Shown: positions 51,772 to 62,270, counted from the stretch's first letter. The stretch is DNA of 64,000 nucleotides from Candidatus Desulfofervidaceae bacterium (GCA_030262855.1 JAJSZL010000002.1:1234-65233); one strand, 5' to 3'. Translations and numbers: made by a program. Notes: generated by a model not told the origin, from the letters alone.

Positions 51772-52055
51772 AATTCACCTCTCTTTGCCCTTTTTACATC
51801 TTCCAAAAAATCCTTCACCAATTTATCTATGCTTTCAAATGAATAAGGTAATTCCTTATCAAAATAATGCTTATGATCCCCTTTCCCTTCAGCGTTATCA
51901 TAACCCACTATCCTCTGGCCATTCTCAATATAAACCAGAGAATATTTCAGCCCATGCGGTTTATCTTCAGTCCTTTTAACCTGCCAGATTTTCATTTCCA
52001 CAATGTTGCCCTGATTATCCACATTTTTAACATGAAAAACTAACCTGGCTTTCAT
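51768..52055 (-). CDS. TumE-family (DUF6516-like) toxin candidate
   Basis: About 95 aa from MKARLVFHV. The motifs EMKIWQV, GLKYSLVY, GYDNAEGKGDHKHY resemble the TumE family as I remember it. The track's longer start (52091) is unlikely. Confidence 0.55.
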   Translation of the reverse strand: MKARLVFHVKNVDNQGNIVEMKIWQVKRTEDKPHGLKYSLVYIENGQRIVGYDNAEGKGDHKHYFDKELPYSFESIDKLVKDFLEDVKRAKRGEL

Positions 52056-52361
52056 ATAAGGTATGATATACCAAAAGAGAATAAAAGGCAATAAAAAGTA
52101 TTTGCCCCTGAGGAGAAACAGAGCGGATATATCCGAAGGGTCTATTTTGTTTAGTTTGCACTAAAAAGGTAGACCCCCAAAAACACCTTTTTTTAAACTT
52201 TCTCAAGCGCAAAAACGGCAGGGCAGAGCGTATAATCCCGATAAAAGACAGCCTGGTAGCCGAGATAAGCACCTATACGCTTAAAAAGTGCTTCTCAGCG
52301 GAGGACAGACTATTTAAATTCAGTCGGTTCAGGGTGTGGATTTTTCTTTGGCACAATCCTG

Positions 52362-54170
52362 TTAATCTCCATAGCAGGCCAAACCGCAATTCAGGCATCT
52401 TTCTGCTTCTTCTAACGCCATTTCTTCTGTAAAGCCAAGCTCTACTTCTTGAAAGTCTTTTATTCTTTCAGAAACCGGTCTTTCAGGCATCTGGTGGCGT
52501 GGTTTTAGTGGCACTTTGTTTTTATCTATTACTGGCTCAGGCAAAAATGTTTTAAGCATCCGTTCCGGCGGTGTCACCTTACCCTTTTTAAGATAAAGGT
52601 GAATACTGCGGGCGGCCAATCTGGCTGTACCAATGGCATCCACTACCCGCTTTGGTCCCAAAACAACATCGCCAGCGGCAAAAATATAAGGAATGTTTGT
52701 CTGATAAGTTTCTGGATTGACTATAAGCGTGCCCCGTCTGGAAATCTCTAACTCTTTACCAATCGGGTCATTTTTGAAAAAGTCGGTCTCTGGACACTGA
52801 CCTATGGCTAAAATAACCGTATCCACACTCATGCGGGTTTCTGTCCCGGCTACAGGCACCGGACATCTGCGTCCACTCGCATCTGGTTCACCCAATTCCG
52901 TTTTAATGTATTCCACCTCTTTTAACACTCCATCTTTGCCAATGAAACACAACGGATTGGCAAGAAAGAAAAATCTTATTCCCTCTGCTTCAGCCGCTTC
53001 AATTTCTTCAGATAATGCAGGCATTTCTGCACGGCTGCGTCTGTAAATAATACATACTTCCTTTACACCCAAACGTATGGCTGTCCGGGCTGCATCCATG
53101 GCTACATTACCACCTCCCACTACCATTACCCGTGGGCCAATCTCAGGACGCTTACCTTCTGCTACCTCCCGGAGGAATTCTACCCCAGAGATAACGCCTT
53201 CTAAACCTTCTCCTTCTATCTTCAGATCCCGGGCATTCCAGGCCCCAGTAGCAATAAAAACGGCCTCATATCCTTTATCACGCAAATCTTGAAGAGTAAA
53301 TTCTTTGCCCAAGGCTGTGCTGGTGTGAGCCTCTATACCCAAACGCAAGATACCTTCTATTTCCCAGTCTAATACTTCCTGAGATAAACGATAATCAGGA
53401 ATACCATACCGCAGCATCCCACCTAACTTAGGCATGGCCTCAAAAATTGTCACCTGATGTCCTAACCGCCTCAAGAAATAGGCACAGGCTAGACCTCCAG
53501 GACCACCGCCAATAACGGCCACTTTATGTCCACTATCAGGTGCGACAAATAGAGACAAACGCTGGCCATTACGCCATTCATAATCAGCCACAAAGCGTTT
53601 TAAAAAGTTAATGGCCACAGCTTCATCTACCTGCCTGCGCCGACACCGTTCTTCACAGGGTCTAGGACAAACTCTCCCTAGAGTTAAAGGCATGGGCGTG
53701 TGTTCTTTAATAATCAACAGGGCTTCTTGGTGTCTCCTTTGTTTAATCTTTTGCACAAAGCGGGGGATATCTATTTGTGCTGGACAGGCCTGTTGACAAG
53801 GAGCCAAACAGTCATCTGTGCGATTAAATCGTAAAATGGGCGAAATGGGAGAAACAAGCTCCAACACATTTTGAGGACAAGCCTTAACGCACTTGCCACA
53901 ACCGATACAATTTTCTATGTCTATAATCGGCAAACCCTGCTCTCCTATGGTAATAGCCTCTTGCGGACAGACCTGCACACAGGAGCCCAAGCCAAGACAG
54001 CCAATCTTACAAAGCAAATTAATGCCGTATTTTTCTACTGCTTCTTTACAGTCTTTAACCCCATCAGGATAAAAAAAAGCGCGGGGCGCTCGTTTGCCAC
54101 CGCGACATTTTACAAAAGCATGCCTGGGAACTTTTTTCTTTTTCTTCTTGGGTTTAGCTTGTGTTGGCAT
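52362..54170 (-). CDS. Fe-S flavoprotein: N-terminal 2x[4Fe-4S] ferredoxin domain + GltD/NfnB-like NAD(P)H-dependent oxidoreductase
   Basis: 602 aa with CxxCxxCxxxCP x2, dinucleotide folds VIGGGPGGLA and VVGGGNVAMD, and an overall glutamate synthase small-subunit-like layout. Confidence 0.8.
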   Translation of the reverse strand: MPTQAKPKKKKKKVPRHAFVKCRGGKRAPRAFFYPDGVKDCKEAVEKYGINLLCKIGCLGLGSCVQVCPQEAITIGEQGLPIIDIENCIGCGKCVKACPQNVLELVSPISPILRFNRTDDCLAPCQQACPAQIDIPRFVQKIKQRRHQEALLIIKEHTPMPLTLGRVCPRPCEERCRRRQVDEAVAINFLKRFVADYEWRNGQRLSLFVAPDSGHKVAVIGGGPGGLACAYFLRRLGHQVTIFEAMPKLGGMLRYGIPDYRLSQEVLDWEIEGILRLGIEAHTSTALGKEFTLQDLRDKGYEAVFIATGAWNARDLKIEGEGLEGVISGVEFLREVAEGKRPEIGPRVMVVGGGNVAMDAARTAIRLGVKEVCIIYRRSRAEMPALSEEIEAAEAEGIRFFFLANPLCFIGKDGVLKEVEYIKTELGEPDASGRRCPVPVAGTETRMSVDTVILAIGQCPETDFFKNDPIGKELEISRRGTLIVNPETYQTNIPYIFAAGDVVLGPKRVVDAIGTARLAARSIHLYLKKGKVTPPERMLKTFLPEPVIDKNKVPLKPRHQMPERPVSERIKDFQEVELGFTEEMALEEAERCLNCGLACYGD

Positions 54171-54702
54171 TTTTCACTCCTGATTTCAGATAATTCTCTG
54201 TATACTGAATATAATTTTTAGCCGCTTGCTTAATATATTCTATCTCTGCTTCATTCAGTTCCCTTTTTACCTTGGCTGGAACTCCAACAACTAAAGTGCG
54301 TTGAGGGACAACCATATTGGGAGGCACTAAGGCTCCAGCACCAACGATACATTCCTCGTTCAGTATTGCCCCATCTAGAACAATCGCTCCCATACCGATT
54401 AAAACCCTATCCTTTACCGTACAACCGTGTAAAATGACACCGTGGCCAATCGTCACTTCGTTACCAATAATGAGGGGATGGGTATCGTGGGTTACATGCA
54501 ACAAAGCTCCATCCTGCACATTGGTGCGTTCGCCAATCCTGATATAGTGAACATCACCCCGGACAACGGCTTTAAACCAGACGCTGCTTTTTGCTCCAAT
54601 GGTTACATCACCAATAATGTCTGCACTCTCAACGATAAAGGCAGTAGGATGAATTTGGGGAATTTTACCTAAATAGGGAAGAATCACGTCTGTCCTCCTC
54701 AT
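54154..54702 (-). CDS. gamma-class carbonic anhydrase-like left-handed beta-helix protein
   Basis: 182 aa with hexapeptide repeats and His ligands in the [15 protein letters not shown]...GHGVILHG context. Confidence 0.8.
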   Translation of the reverse strand: MRRTDVILPYLGKIPQIHPTAFIVESADIIGDVTIGAKSSVWFKAVVRGDVHYIRIGERTNVQDGALLHVTHDTHPLIIGNEVTIGHGVILHGCTVKDRVLIGMGAIVLDGAILNEECIVGAGALVPPNMVVPQRTLVVGVPAKVKRELNEAEIEYIKQAAKNYIQYTENYLKSGVKNANTS

Positions 54703-54763
54703 CTGTAATGAGCAATGTGCAATTAGTAAGACTCGTCACCCATTACCCGTCGCTGGTCACAAA

Positions 54764-55642
54764 TTACAACCCCATTACCTCTTTCACTGTCTGTCCCAAG
54801 GTACCCAGATCTTCAGCTACAAAAATACCTGCTTCCCTTAGTGCAGCCATTTTGCTTTCTGCAGTTCCCTGTCCACCAGAGATGATCGCCCCAGCATGTC
54901 CCATGCGTTTACCGGGAGGAGCCGTGCGTCCAGCAATAAAGGCGACGACGGGCTTTTTGAAATGGGCTTTTATCCATTCTGCCGCCTCTTCTTCGGCCGT
55001 ACCTCCAATTTCTCCAACCATCACCACCCCTTTTGTTTCTTCATCCTCATTAAAGTGTTTGAGTAAATCTATAAAGTTAGTGCCAGGAACAGGATCACCA
55101 CCAATACCAATACAGGTGGTTTGGCCCAGGCCAGCTAATGTCAGTTGATAATCTACTTCATAAGTCAATGTGCCACTGCGAGAAATAACCCCAATGGGAC
55201 CTGGGGTATGGATATGTCCTGGCATAATACCCATTTTGCACTTAAAAGGGGGACAAATTAACCCTGGACAATTAGGACCGATAACTACCACATCAGGATG
55301 CTCTTCCAGATATCGCTTGACTTTCATCATATCTAAAGTAGGAATACCTTCGGTGATGCAAACGACCAGCTTGATGCCAGCCGCTACGGCTTCATAAATG
55401 GCATCAGAAGCAAAGGCCGCCGGCACAAATATGACTGAAGCGTTAGCTTCTGTTTCTTTGACCGCCTCTTCTACGGTATTAAACACGGGCACCCCTTCTA
55501 CCGTTTGACCACCTTTACCAGGGGTAACGCCAGCAACTACTTTGGTGCCATAGGCAAGCATTTGTTTGGTATGGAAAGCACCTTCTTTTCCTGTAATACC
55601 CTGAACCAGTATTCTTGTATTTTCATTTATTAATATGGCCAT
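54764..55642 (-). CDS. sucD: succinyl-CoA synthetase alpha subunit
   Basis: 292 aa with the CoA-binding VQGITGKEG and the phosphohistidine loop MGHAGAII. Confidence 0.95.
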   Translation of the reverse strand: MAILINENTRILVQGITGKEGAFHTKQMLAYGTKVVAGVTPGKGGQTVEGVPVFNTVEEAVKETEANASVIFVPAAFASDAIYEAVAAGIKLVVCITEGIPTLDMMKVKRYLEEHPDVVVIGPNCPGLICPPFKCKMGIMPGHIHTPGPIGVISRSGTLTYEVDYQLTLAGLGQTTCIGIGGDPVPGTNFIDLLKHFNEDEETKGVVMVGEIGGTAEEEAAEWIKAHFKKPVVAFIAGRTAPPGKRMGHAGAIISGGQGTAESKMAALREAGIFVAEDLGTLGQTVKEVMGL

Positions 55643-55653
55643 GACCTACTCCT

Positions 55654-56805
55654 TTATCCCAAAATCTCCACAATTTTCTTCGCCGCATCGCTGATGTCTT
55701 TAGCAACCACAAAATTAAGCCCAGACGCTGCCAGCATTTCTCGCCCTTTTTCTACGTTTGTCCCTTCAAGTCTGACTAACACCGGTACCGTGATATCTAC
55801 CTGTTTAGCCGCTTCTATTACCCCCTGGGCCAGAACATCGCAGCGGAGAATGCCACCAAAAATATTGATGAAAATCAGTTTTACATTGGGATCTGAAAGC
55901 AAAATCTTAAATCCCTGTGTAATCATTTCTACATTTGCACCACCACCAACATCCAGAAAGTTAGCTGGTTCTGCCCCGGCCAGTTTAATCACATCCATGG
56001 TAGCCATGGCCAGACCAGCTCCGTTGACCATAATACCCACATTTCCTTCTAAACGCACATAATTAAGTCGATATTTAGAGGCCTCGTATTCCAAGGGATC
56101 AAGCTCTTCCGGATCAAGCATTTCTTTGACATCAGGATGCCGATAGAGACCGCTGTCATCAAAGTTCAGTTTGGCATCAATGGCCAATAATTCACCTTCT
56201 TCAGTTAATATTAACGGGTTGATTTCGGCCAAAGAACAATCATAGCTAACAAACAGCCGATACAGGGCGGAAAGAATCTTGGTCGCCCCCCGGATATCGG
56301 ACACCCCCAGTTTAAATGCCAACATCCTCCCCTGATAGGGCAAGAAACCTAAAAAGGGGTCAATCGCTTCTTTAAAAATCAATTCTGGCTTTTCTTTAGC
56401 CAGTTCTTCTATTTCCATACCACCGGCTGGGCTAACCATCACCACCGGACGAGAGCAACTTCTATCTATGACTAGACCAACATAATATTCTTTTTGTATA
56501 GACGCCGCCTTTTCCACCAATACCTTCCTTACAATTTTTCCCTGGCCACCAGTCTGATGTGTCACCAGCGGTTTGCCCAGCATATTTTGGGCAATTTCTT
56601 CTGCCTCTTCTAAAGTCTTTGCCAATTTAACTCCTCCAGCCTTCCCTCGACCTCCAGCCTGCACCTGCGCCTTTATGACCACTGGCAACCCCAGCGCTTG
56701 AGCAGCCTCTTTTGCCTCTTCTACTGAGGTAGCTAATTTGCCTTCGGGTACAGGAATACCAAACTTTCTAAACAATTCTTTGGCTTGATATTCGTGGATT
56801 TTCAT
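55654..56805 (-). CDS. sucC: succinyl-CoA synthetase beta subunit (ATP-grasp)
   Basis: 383 aa beginning MKIHEYQAKELF, with an ATP-grasp fold and GGGA...NIFGGI motifs. Confidence 0.95.
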   Translation of the reverse strand: MKIHEYQAKELFRKFGIPVPEGKLATSVEEAKEAAQALGLPVVIKAQVQAGGRGKAGGVKLAKTLEEAEEIAQNMLGKPLVTHQTGGQGKIVRKVLVEKAASIQKEYYVGLVIDRSCSRPVVMVSPAGGMEIEELAKEKPELIFKEAIDPFLGFLPYQGRMLAFKLGVSDIRGATKILSALYRLFVSYDCSLAEINPLILTEEGELLAIDAKLNFDDSGLYRHPDVKEMLDPEELDPLEYEASKYRLNYVRLEGNVGIMVNGAGLAMATMDVIKLAGAEPANFLDVGGGANVEMITQGFKILLSDPNVKLIFINIFGGILRCDVLAQGVIEAAKQVDITVPVLVRLEGTNVEKGREMLAASGLNFVVAKDISDAAKKIVEILG

Positions 56806-56828
56806 TTCTTACTCCTTAAAGTGCTTTT

Positions 56829-58493
56829 TCAATCTAACGCTCCCTTGGCCTTTACTTCCGGGTTGCGATAATCGGGCAAAATAATGGGTGTTTTTTGCTT
56901 AGGCTCAATCTTCTCTTTCTTTAAGGCCTTTAAATAAGCTTCTAAATGTTTCAAGGTCAGCGCCTTCATTTTCCCTCTCTGTCTGGCAAATTCTGCTGCT
57001 TTCATGCCTGCCCGTCGACCAAAGACATTGATGTCCAGAAGTGAGTTGCCCATCAAGCGATTATCCCCGTGAACACCACCTGAGACTTCACCGGCAGCAA
57101 AGAGGCCAGGAATGGTCGTTTCTCCCCATTCATTAATAGCCAAGCCACCATTTTGATAATGTAGAGTGGGAAAGACAAGCAAGGGTTCTTTGGCAATGTC
57201 TATACCGTAGCGTTTAAATTGCAAATATTTTCCGGCCAACGCCTTTTCTACCGTACCTCTTCCCCAAATCATATCAATCATGGGTGAGTCAAGCCACACA
57301 CCCACTCTACCTGTAGGCGTAATTACCCCTTTGCTTTTTTCTAGGCATTCCCGAATAATTAAGGCCGCTTCTACATCTCTGGGTTCAAGAGGGTGACAGA
57401 AACGTTCACCTTCACAGTTGATAGGTTCGGCACCTAAAGTTCGCACTTTTTCCGTAATCAACATACCAGCACATTGTTCTGGAAAGGCCGCCCCAGTAGG
57501 ATGAAATTGGGCATATTTTAAATTGCGCAATGGCACTCCTAGGCGATACCCCAATACCAATCCATCTCCTGTAGCACCGTAGTGGTTGGTTGTGGCAAAA
57601 CCATGAAGATGCAAACGGCCATAGCCACCTGTAGCCAGGATCACAGCCTTGGCCTTAACCACCAGAAACTCCTGGTTATCCATATCATATAAAACCGCTC
57701 CCCCAATGGCACCAGTTTCATCCAATAACAACTCCACGGCCGGACAAAATTCCAGAATTCTAATTTTATCTGGCCGGTTACGGACCTCATCCCGCAGTAC
57801 TCGCATAATCTCTGAACCGGTCATATCGGCTGATGAGTGCATCCGCCGCCGACACAATCCTCCCCCTTTTAATTCCTTCATGGTACCATCAGGCTCTTTA
57901 TCAAACATCACACCGAGGTCTTCTAGCCACTTAATTACAATGGGAGCGTCCATAACCAAGGCACGGACTAATCTCTTATCGTTAGTGAAATGACCACCAC
58001 CAATAGTATCTAAAAAATGATAGTAAGGGGAATCATAGGGTAAATCTGCTGCCTGAATACCTCCTTCGGCCATGATGGTATTGGCATCGCCATGCCGTAG
58101 TTTTGTTGCCAGAATCACCTGGCACCCTTGCTCTGAAGCTAATAAGGCGGCAGAACTTCCGGCCCCACCTCCGCCAATAACCAGCATGTCAGTATTAAAA
58201 TCAGGTGATTTTAATCTTTCGCTAAAGGAAGCAGGATCGATCCAGGGTCTGCCCTGTAAAATCTCAATTAGTTCTGGCTGCAAAAGCTCTCCTTTATTTG
58301 GCCCGACACGGAGAGGCTTACGACCTTCAGGTTTGTAATCTGGGTGGTATTTTTGCAGGACTTCTTCGTACTGATCAGGCGAAAGTTTAGAATAATATTG
58401 TTGCTTCTTGGCTTGTTTCAAACGTTGGGGTCTAGTCTCTTCTACTTTAGCTAGGCTCTCCTGTAAACTTTCTGGATAACCAGATTTCTCCAT
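56829..58493 (-). CDS. fumarate reductase/succinate dehydrogenase-type flavoprotein (soluble type, ~100-aa N-terminal extension)
   Basis: 554 aa with FAD motifs DMLVIGGGGAGSSAA and the DT..GG, R..H..ADMTG, HPTG and GE..GG.HG.NRL blocks of SdhA/FrdA. Confidence 0.8.
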   Translation of the reverse strand: MEKSGYPESLQESLAKVEETRPQRLKQAKKQQYYSKLSPDQYEEVLQKYHPDYKPEGRKPLRVGPNKGELLQPELIEILQGRPWIDPASFSERLKSPDFNTDMLVIGGGGAGSSAALLASEQGCQVILATKLRHGDANTIMAEGGIQAADLPYDSPYYHFLDTIGGGHFTNDKRLVRALVMDAPIVIKWLEDLGVMFDKEPDGTMKELKGGGLCRRRMHSSADMTGSEIMRVLRDEVRNRPDKIRILEFCPAVELLLDETGAIGGAVLYDMDNQEFLVVKAKAVILATGGYGRLHLHGFATTNHYGATGDGLVLGYRLGVPLRNLKYAQFHPTGAAFPEQCAGMLITEKVRTLGAEPINCEGERFCHPLEPRDVEAALIIRECLEKSKGVITPTGRVGVWLDSPMIDMIWGRGTVEKALAGKYLQFKRYGIDIAKEPLLVFPTLHYQNGGLAINEWGETTIPGLFAAGEVSGGVHGDNRLMGNSLLDINVFGRRAGMKAAEFARQRGKMKALTLKHLEAYLKALKKEKIEPKQKTPIILPDYRNPEVKAKGALD

Positions 58494-58503
58494 CCTTGAC
58501 TCC

Positions 58504-59283
58504 TTAATCTTCTACAATCAAATATTTAGTTTCTTGCGGCTTCCAGTTAGGATCGTATGGCTCTGGCTCCCATTCCCTTTCAGCATAGCGTTTTCTCAAT
58601 TCCTTCTCAGACAATTTCACCAACTCGTCTAACATCCAATCAAATTTACCTGCCTTAATCTGCTCTACCCGTTTAGCCAGATGCTTCGCCCTAGGCTGTA
58701 AATATCTACCGTAAAGACGACGTGCTAACATAGCCACATGGAAGTGCTGAATCTCTGCTGGACAACGTAAACTACACATACCACACATAATACAGCTATG
58801 TGATATTTCAGCCGCTGCTTTGATATCTCCTTTGATTAAGGCCTGAATATAGTCCATGACTGGGATATCCATAGGACAGGCCTTAGTGCAAGTATTACAG
58901 GCAAGACAGCGAAAGGTTTCTGGATAGAGTTTCTCTATCGTGCCAATGTCAGGGGTAAGTTCGTCTAAATTATAGACGGCTTTATTTGCTGGCACAAAGG
59001 GAACCTGAGCCAGATACATATCTGGTTGAACAGTGGTCTGACAAGCAAGCCCAAATCGCAGACGGTAATCATCTGCCAACCGATAGACTGTAACACAAGC
59101 CCCACAAATCCCTGCCCGACATCCACAACCCCTTATTACACGGAATCCCGCATATTCTAAAGCCTTAAGAATGGTCAACCCTTCTGGCACTTCGTAACGC
59201 TTTCCCATAACAAAAATGGGAATCATCTTTGTTCCAGATGGAACAATTGTCTTATCTCCGACTGTATATTGAAATTCTGCCAT
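58504..59283 (-). CDS. fumarate reductase/succinate dehydrogenase-type iron-sulfur subunit
   Basis: 259 aa with a [2Fe-2S] motif CRAGICGAC and two ferredoxin-type motifs, CLACNTCTKACP and CIMCGMCSLRCP. Confidence 0.8.
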   Translation of the reverse strand: MAEFQYTVGDKTIVPSGTKMIPIFVMGKRYEVPEGLTILKALEYAGFRVIRGCGCRAGICGACVTVYRLADDYRLRFGLACQTTVQPDMYLAQVPFVPANKAVYNLDELTPDIGTIEKLYPETFRCLACNTCTKACPMDIPVMDYIQALIKGDIKAAAEISHSCIMCGMCSLRCPAEIQHFHVAMLARRLYGRYLQPRAKHLAKRVEQIKAGKFDWMLDELVKLSEKELRKRYAEREWEPEPYDPNWKPQETKYLIVED

Positions 59284-59340
59284 TTCGGCCTCCTCATTCC
59301 GTTATGCATAATGAGTAATATGTAGTTTCCTTATTATCCC

Positions 59341-60801
59341 TTACTCCTCTCCCCTCTTCAGCTTCTCCCCGTATGTATATCCCGCCTCAAAGGCCTTTAA
59401 ATTAAATTCCTCTGTTCCTTTTGGCACGGACATTTTTAAGGCAGATTTCACTGCCTCTAAACTAAAGTAGTCCGTCAGGGAGGAAATAAAACCTAACATG
59501 ACAATATTGGCCACCACTTTCCGTCCCACCTGCTCGGCCAAACGGGTGGCAGGAACCGCGTAAACCTGAACCCCTTCTGGCAAATCGTACGGCTTCACCA
59601 AATCTTTATCTATGAATAAAATGCTGTTGGGCTGAACTTCCTTTCTGTATTTTCTAAAGGCCCCCTGGGCCATAACAACCATAACATCCGGATTTTTAAT
59701 ATAAGGAAAATCTATTTTCCCCGAAGAAATAATTACGCTAGAAGCAGAAGCACCGCCTCTTGCTTCCGCCCCATATTCTTGAGAATAAACGGCTTGGTTG
59801 CCATCAAAAATACAGGCCGCTCGGCCCATAATCAAACCTAACAAAGCAATACCTTGGCCTCCAATTCCAGCCAGTTTAATCTTTACCTCTTCTACCTTTT
59901 TGGGCCTTTCTACTGTTTTTTGGAGCTTTTCTTCTGTCTCTGGCAATTCAACTTTACCATCTCCTCTGAATACATCTATTCCTACTCTTTGGGAAAGTCT
60001 TTCACGCATCGCCCGTAAATAGCCTGGTTTATCCTTATTGGCAAAAACACCGCATAAAATAGGAGTATCCATCTGAATAAGGGCCTCGGCCGGGTCGGGA
60101 TTTTCTTTTATTTCCGTGTGATCTAAAAAGAACTTCACCATATCTTTACCTGTCCGCAGTTTATTTCTTCGGCCCCAATTGATAGGACAGGCAGAAATAA
60201 CTTCAATAAAACAAAAACCTTCTTTCTCTAACGCCTCCAGGAACGACTTCTTAATGTAATGGGAATGAGCAGACGTCCACCTGGCCACATAATTGGCACC
60301 ACAAGCAGTAAGCAACAAAGGAAGATTAAAAGGCATCTCATAGTTGCCATATACAGAAGTAGTCGTCCAGGTGCCGGTAGGGGTAGTACCTCCCATTTGT
60401 CCCCCGGTCATGCCATAATTAAAATTATTAATACATATCACAATCATATCCATATTGCGCCGTGCGGCGTGAATTAGGTGGTTACCACCAATTGTGGTCA
60501 AATCTCCGTCACCACTAAAGACTATAACAGTTAAATCTGGATTGGTAAGTTTTAAACCCGTGGCAAAGGCAATAGGACGACCGTGCGTAGTATGAAATCC
60601 ATCCAGTTTAAAGTAACCTGCCGCCCGTCCTGAACAGCCTATCCCAGAAACCACGGACACCTTATCGGGATCCAGACTACTTTCTAATAAAGCTTCAGCT
60701 ATATTGCTGATGGTAGCACCTATACCGCATCCTGGGCAAAATATATGTGGCATACGGTCTTCCCGAATTAAAACACCCATTGGATGTCTCTTCTGTCCCA
60801 T
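59341..60801 (-). CDS. korB: 2-oxoacid:ferredoxin oxidoreductase beta (TPP) subunit fused to the gamma subunit; probably 2-oxoglutarate-specific
   Basis: 486 aa. The N-terminal half has FCPGCG and GDGD...GGNH TPP motifs. The C-terminal half (IKLAGIGGQGIALLG...) is gamma-subunit-like. Confidence 0.8.
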   Translation of the reverse strand: MGQKRHPMGVLIREDRMPHIFCPGCGIGATISNIAEALLESSLDPDKVSVVSGIGCSGRAAGYFKLDGFHTTHGRPIAFATGLKLTNPDLTVIVFSGDGDLTTIGGNHLIHAARRNMDMIVICINNFNYGMTGGQMGGTTPTGTWTTTSVYGNYEMPFNLPLLLTACGANYVARWTSAHSHYIKKSFLEALEKEGFCFIEVISACPINWGRRNKLRTGKDMVKFFLDHTEIKENPDPAEALIQMDTPILCGVFANKDKPGYLRAMRERLSQRVGIDVFRGDGKVELPETEEKLQKTVERPKKVEEVKIKLAGIGGQGIALLGLIMGRAACIFDGNQAVYSQEYGAEARGGASASSVIISSGKIDFPYIKNPDVMVVMAQGAFRKYRKEVQPNSILFIDKDLVKPYDLPEGVQVYAVPATRLAEQVGRKVVANIVMLGFISSLTDYFSLEAVKSALKMSVPKGTEEFNLKAFEAGYTYGEKLKRGEE

Positions 60802-60845
60802 TGTCTACTCCCTGTTTAATATTGGTGATCTATGACTGGTGTTTT

Positions 60846-62006
60846 TTACTCCACTAGCCCACTAACAATTTGTTTAACCTCGGCAAATACCTCATCCGGA
60901 TCGTGAACCGCTCCACCTGCATTAGGGATTAAAAATGTCTTACACCGTTCTTTGACTATCCTTTCCATCTCTATGGCCACCTGCCCCAAATTGATTTCCA
61001 CCGTGACGAAGGCTTTTATTTTTTGAGCCAATGCCATTATGCGCTTTTCCGGAAAGGGCCAAATTGTAATCAGCCGGAATAAACCCACTTTCAGCCCTTC
61101 TGCCCGGGCCCGCTTAATCACATCCCGGCAGATACGAGTAGAAATACCAAAGGTAACCAATATTACTTCAGCGTCTTCGGTAAAAAGTTCTTCATACTCT
61201 ACAATTTTATCTGCATTTTTTCTTATCTTGTTTACTAAGCGAGGCACCAATTTATTGTGGACCTTAGCACTCAAATCAGGGTAACCCTTTTCATTATGGG
61301 TCAAACCGGTTACATGAACGCGATAGCCTTCACCAGCAATTGGCATCTCTGGTACTAAATCAGACCCTGGTTTAAAGGGTAAAAATTTTTCTGGAGGCAC
61401 ACTAGGTCTTTTTCTAGTAACTAATTTAATTTCTTCTTTAGGTGGAATAACTACCCTCTCGGAAAGATGAGCTACACTTTCGTCACTTAGAAAGATTACT
61501 GGCACCCGCCAGATTTCAGCTAGATTAAAGGCCTTGATTATAAAGTCAAAACATTCTTGAGGGGAAGATGGGGCCAGAGCAATAATCTCGTAATCCCCGT
61601 GACTGCCCCATCGGGCCTGCATTACATCTGCCTGTCCTACTAAAGTAGGCAAACCTGTAGAAGGACTCCCCCTTTGCACATCTACAACAACGCAAGGTGA
61701 TTCTGTCATGACGGCCAAGCCTATATTTTCTTGCATAAGGCTGAGTCCTGGACCCGATGTAGCGGTCATGGGCTTGGCACCACCCCAAGAAGCACCTACT
61801 AATGCCGCCATAGAAGCAAGTTCATCTTCCATTTGGATATAAATACCGCCTACCTGTGGCAGTCTTACAGACATACGTTCAGCAATTTCATTAGAAGGGG
61901 TAATAGGATAACCCGCATAGAAACGACATCCAGCCGCAATTGCCCCTTCAACACAGGCATGGTTTCCACTCAAAAAATGCACACCTGTCAAAACATCTTT
62001 ACCCAT
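60846..62006 (-). CDS. korA: 2-oxoacid:ferredoxin oxidoreductase alpha subunit
   Basis: 386 aa of typical KorA/PorA layout (GYPITPSNEI, TATSGPGLSLM). Confidence 0.85.
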   Translation of the reverse strand: MGKDVLTGVHFLSGNHACVEGAIAAGCRFYAGYPITPSNEIAERMSVRLPQVGGIYIQMEDELASMAALVGASWGGAKPMTATSGPGLSLMQENIGLAVMTESPCVVVDVQRGSPSTGLPTLVGQADVMQARWGSHGDYEIIALAPSSPQECFDFIIKAFNLAEIWRVPVIFLSDESVAHLSERVVIPPKEEIKLVTRKRPSVPPEKFLPFKPGSDLVPEMPIAGEGYRVHVTGLTHNEKGYPDLSAKVHNKLVPRLVNKIRKNADKIVEYEELFTEDAEVILVTFGISTRICRDVIKRARAEGLKVGLFRLITIWPFPEKRIMALAQKIKAFVTVEINLGQVAIEMERIVKERCKTFLIPNAGGAVHDPDEVFAEVKQIVSGLVE

Positions 62007-62009
62007 ATT

Positions 62010-62270
62010 TCACTCCTCTTTTTCACTAAAAATAGCAAAGTCAGGGCATATTTCTTGGCAAAACAAACAAAAAATACACTCATTTTCCATGCCAGCCTTT
62101 ACAACGGGATAATGGAAGCCTTTCTCATTATAATCCTCAGAGTATTCCAAAATCTGTTTGGGACAGTACTCAATACATAAACCGCATTCCTTACATCGTT
62201 CGGCCAAAACAATCACTCTGCCTTTGGGAACCTTGAATTTAGCTAAATTTAACGGTTTCCTAACCACCAT
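62010..62270 (-). CDS. korD: 2-oxoacid:ferredoxin oxidoreductase delta subunit (2x[4Fe-4S] ferredoxin)
   Basis: 86 aa with CKECGLCIEYCP and CIFCLFCQEICP. Confidence 0.8.
   Translation of the reverse strand: MVVRKPLNLAKFKVPKGRVIVLAERCKECGLCIEYCPKQILEYSEDYNEKGFHYPVVKAGMENECIFCLFCQEICPDFAIFSEKEE

Noticed and set aside
52092-52360. An attC for the TA pair, or a terminator for the GltD-like gene (GAGAAGCAC...GTGCTTATCTC hairpin; GGATATATCC palindrome).
   Set aside because: There are no inverse-core/core boxes with correct geometry, and the hairpin lacks a U-run. Neither can be supported.
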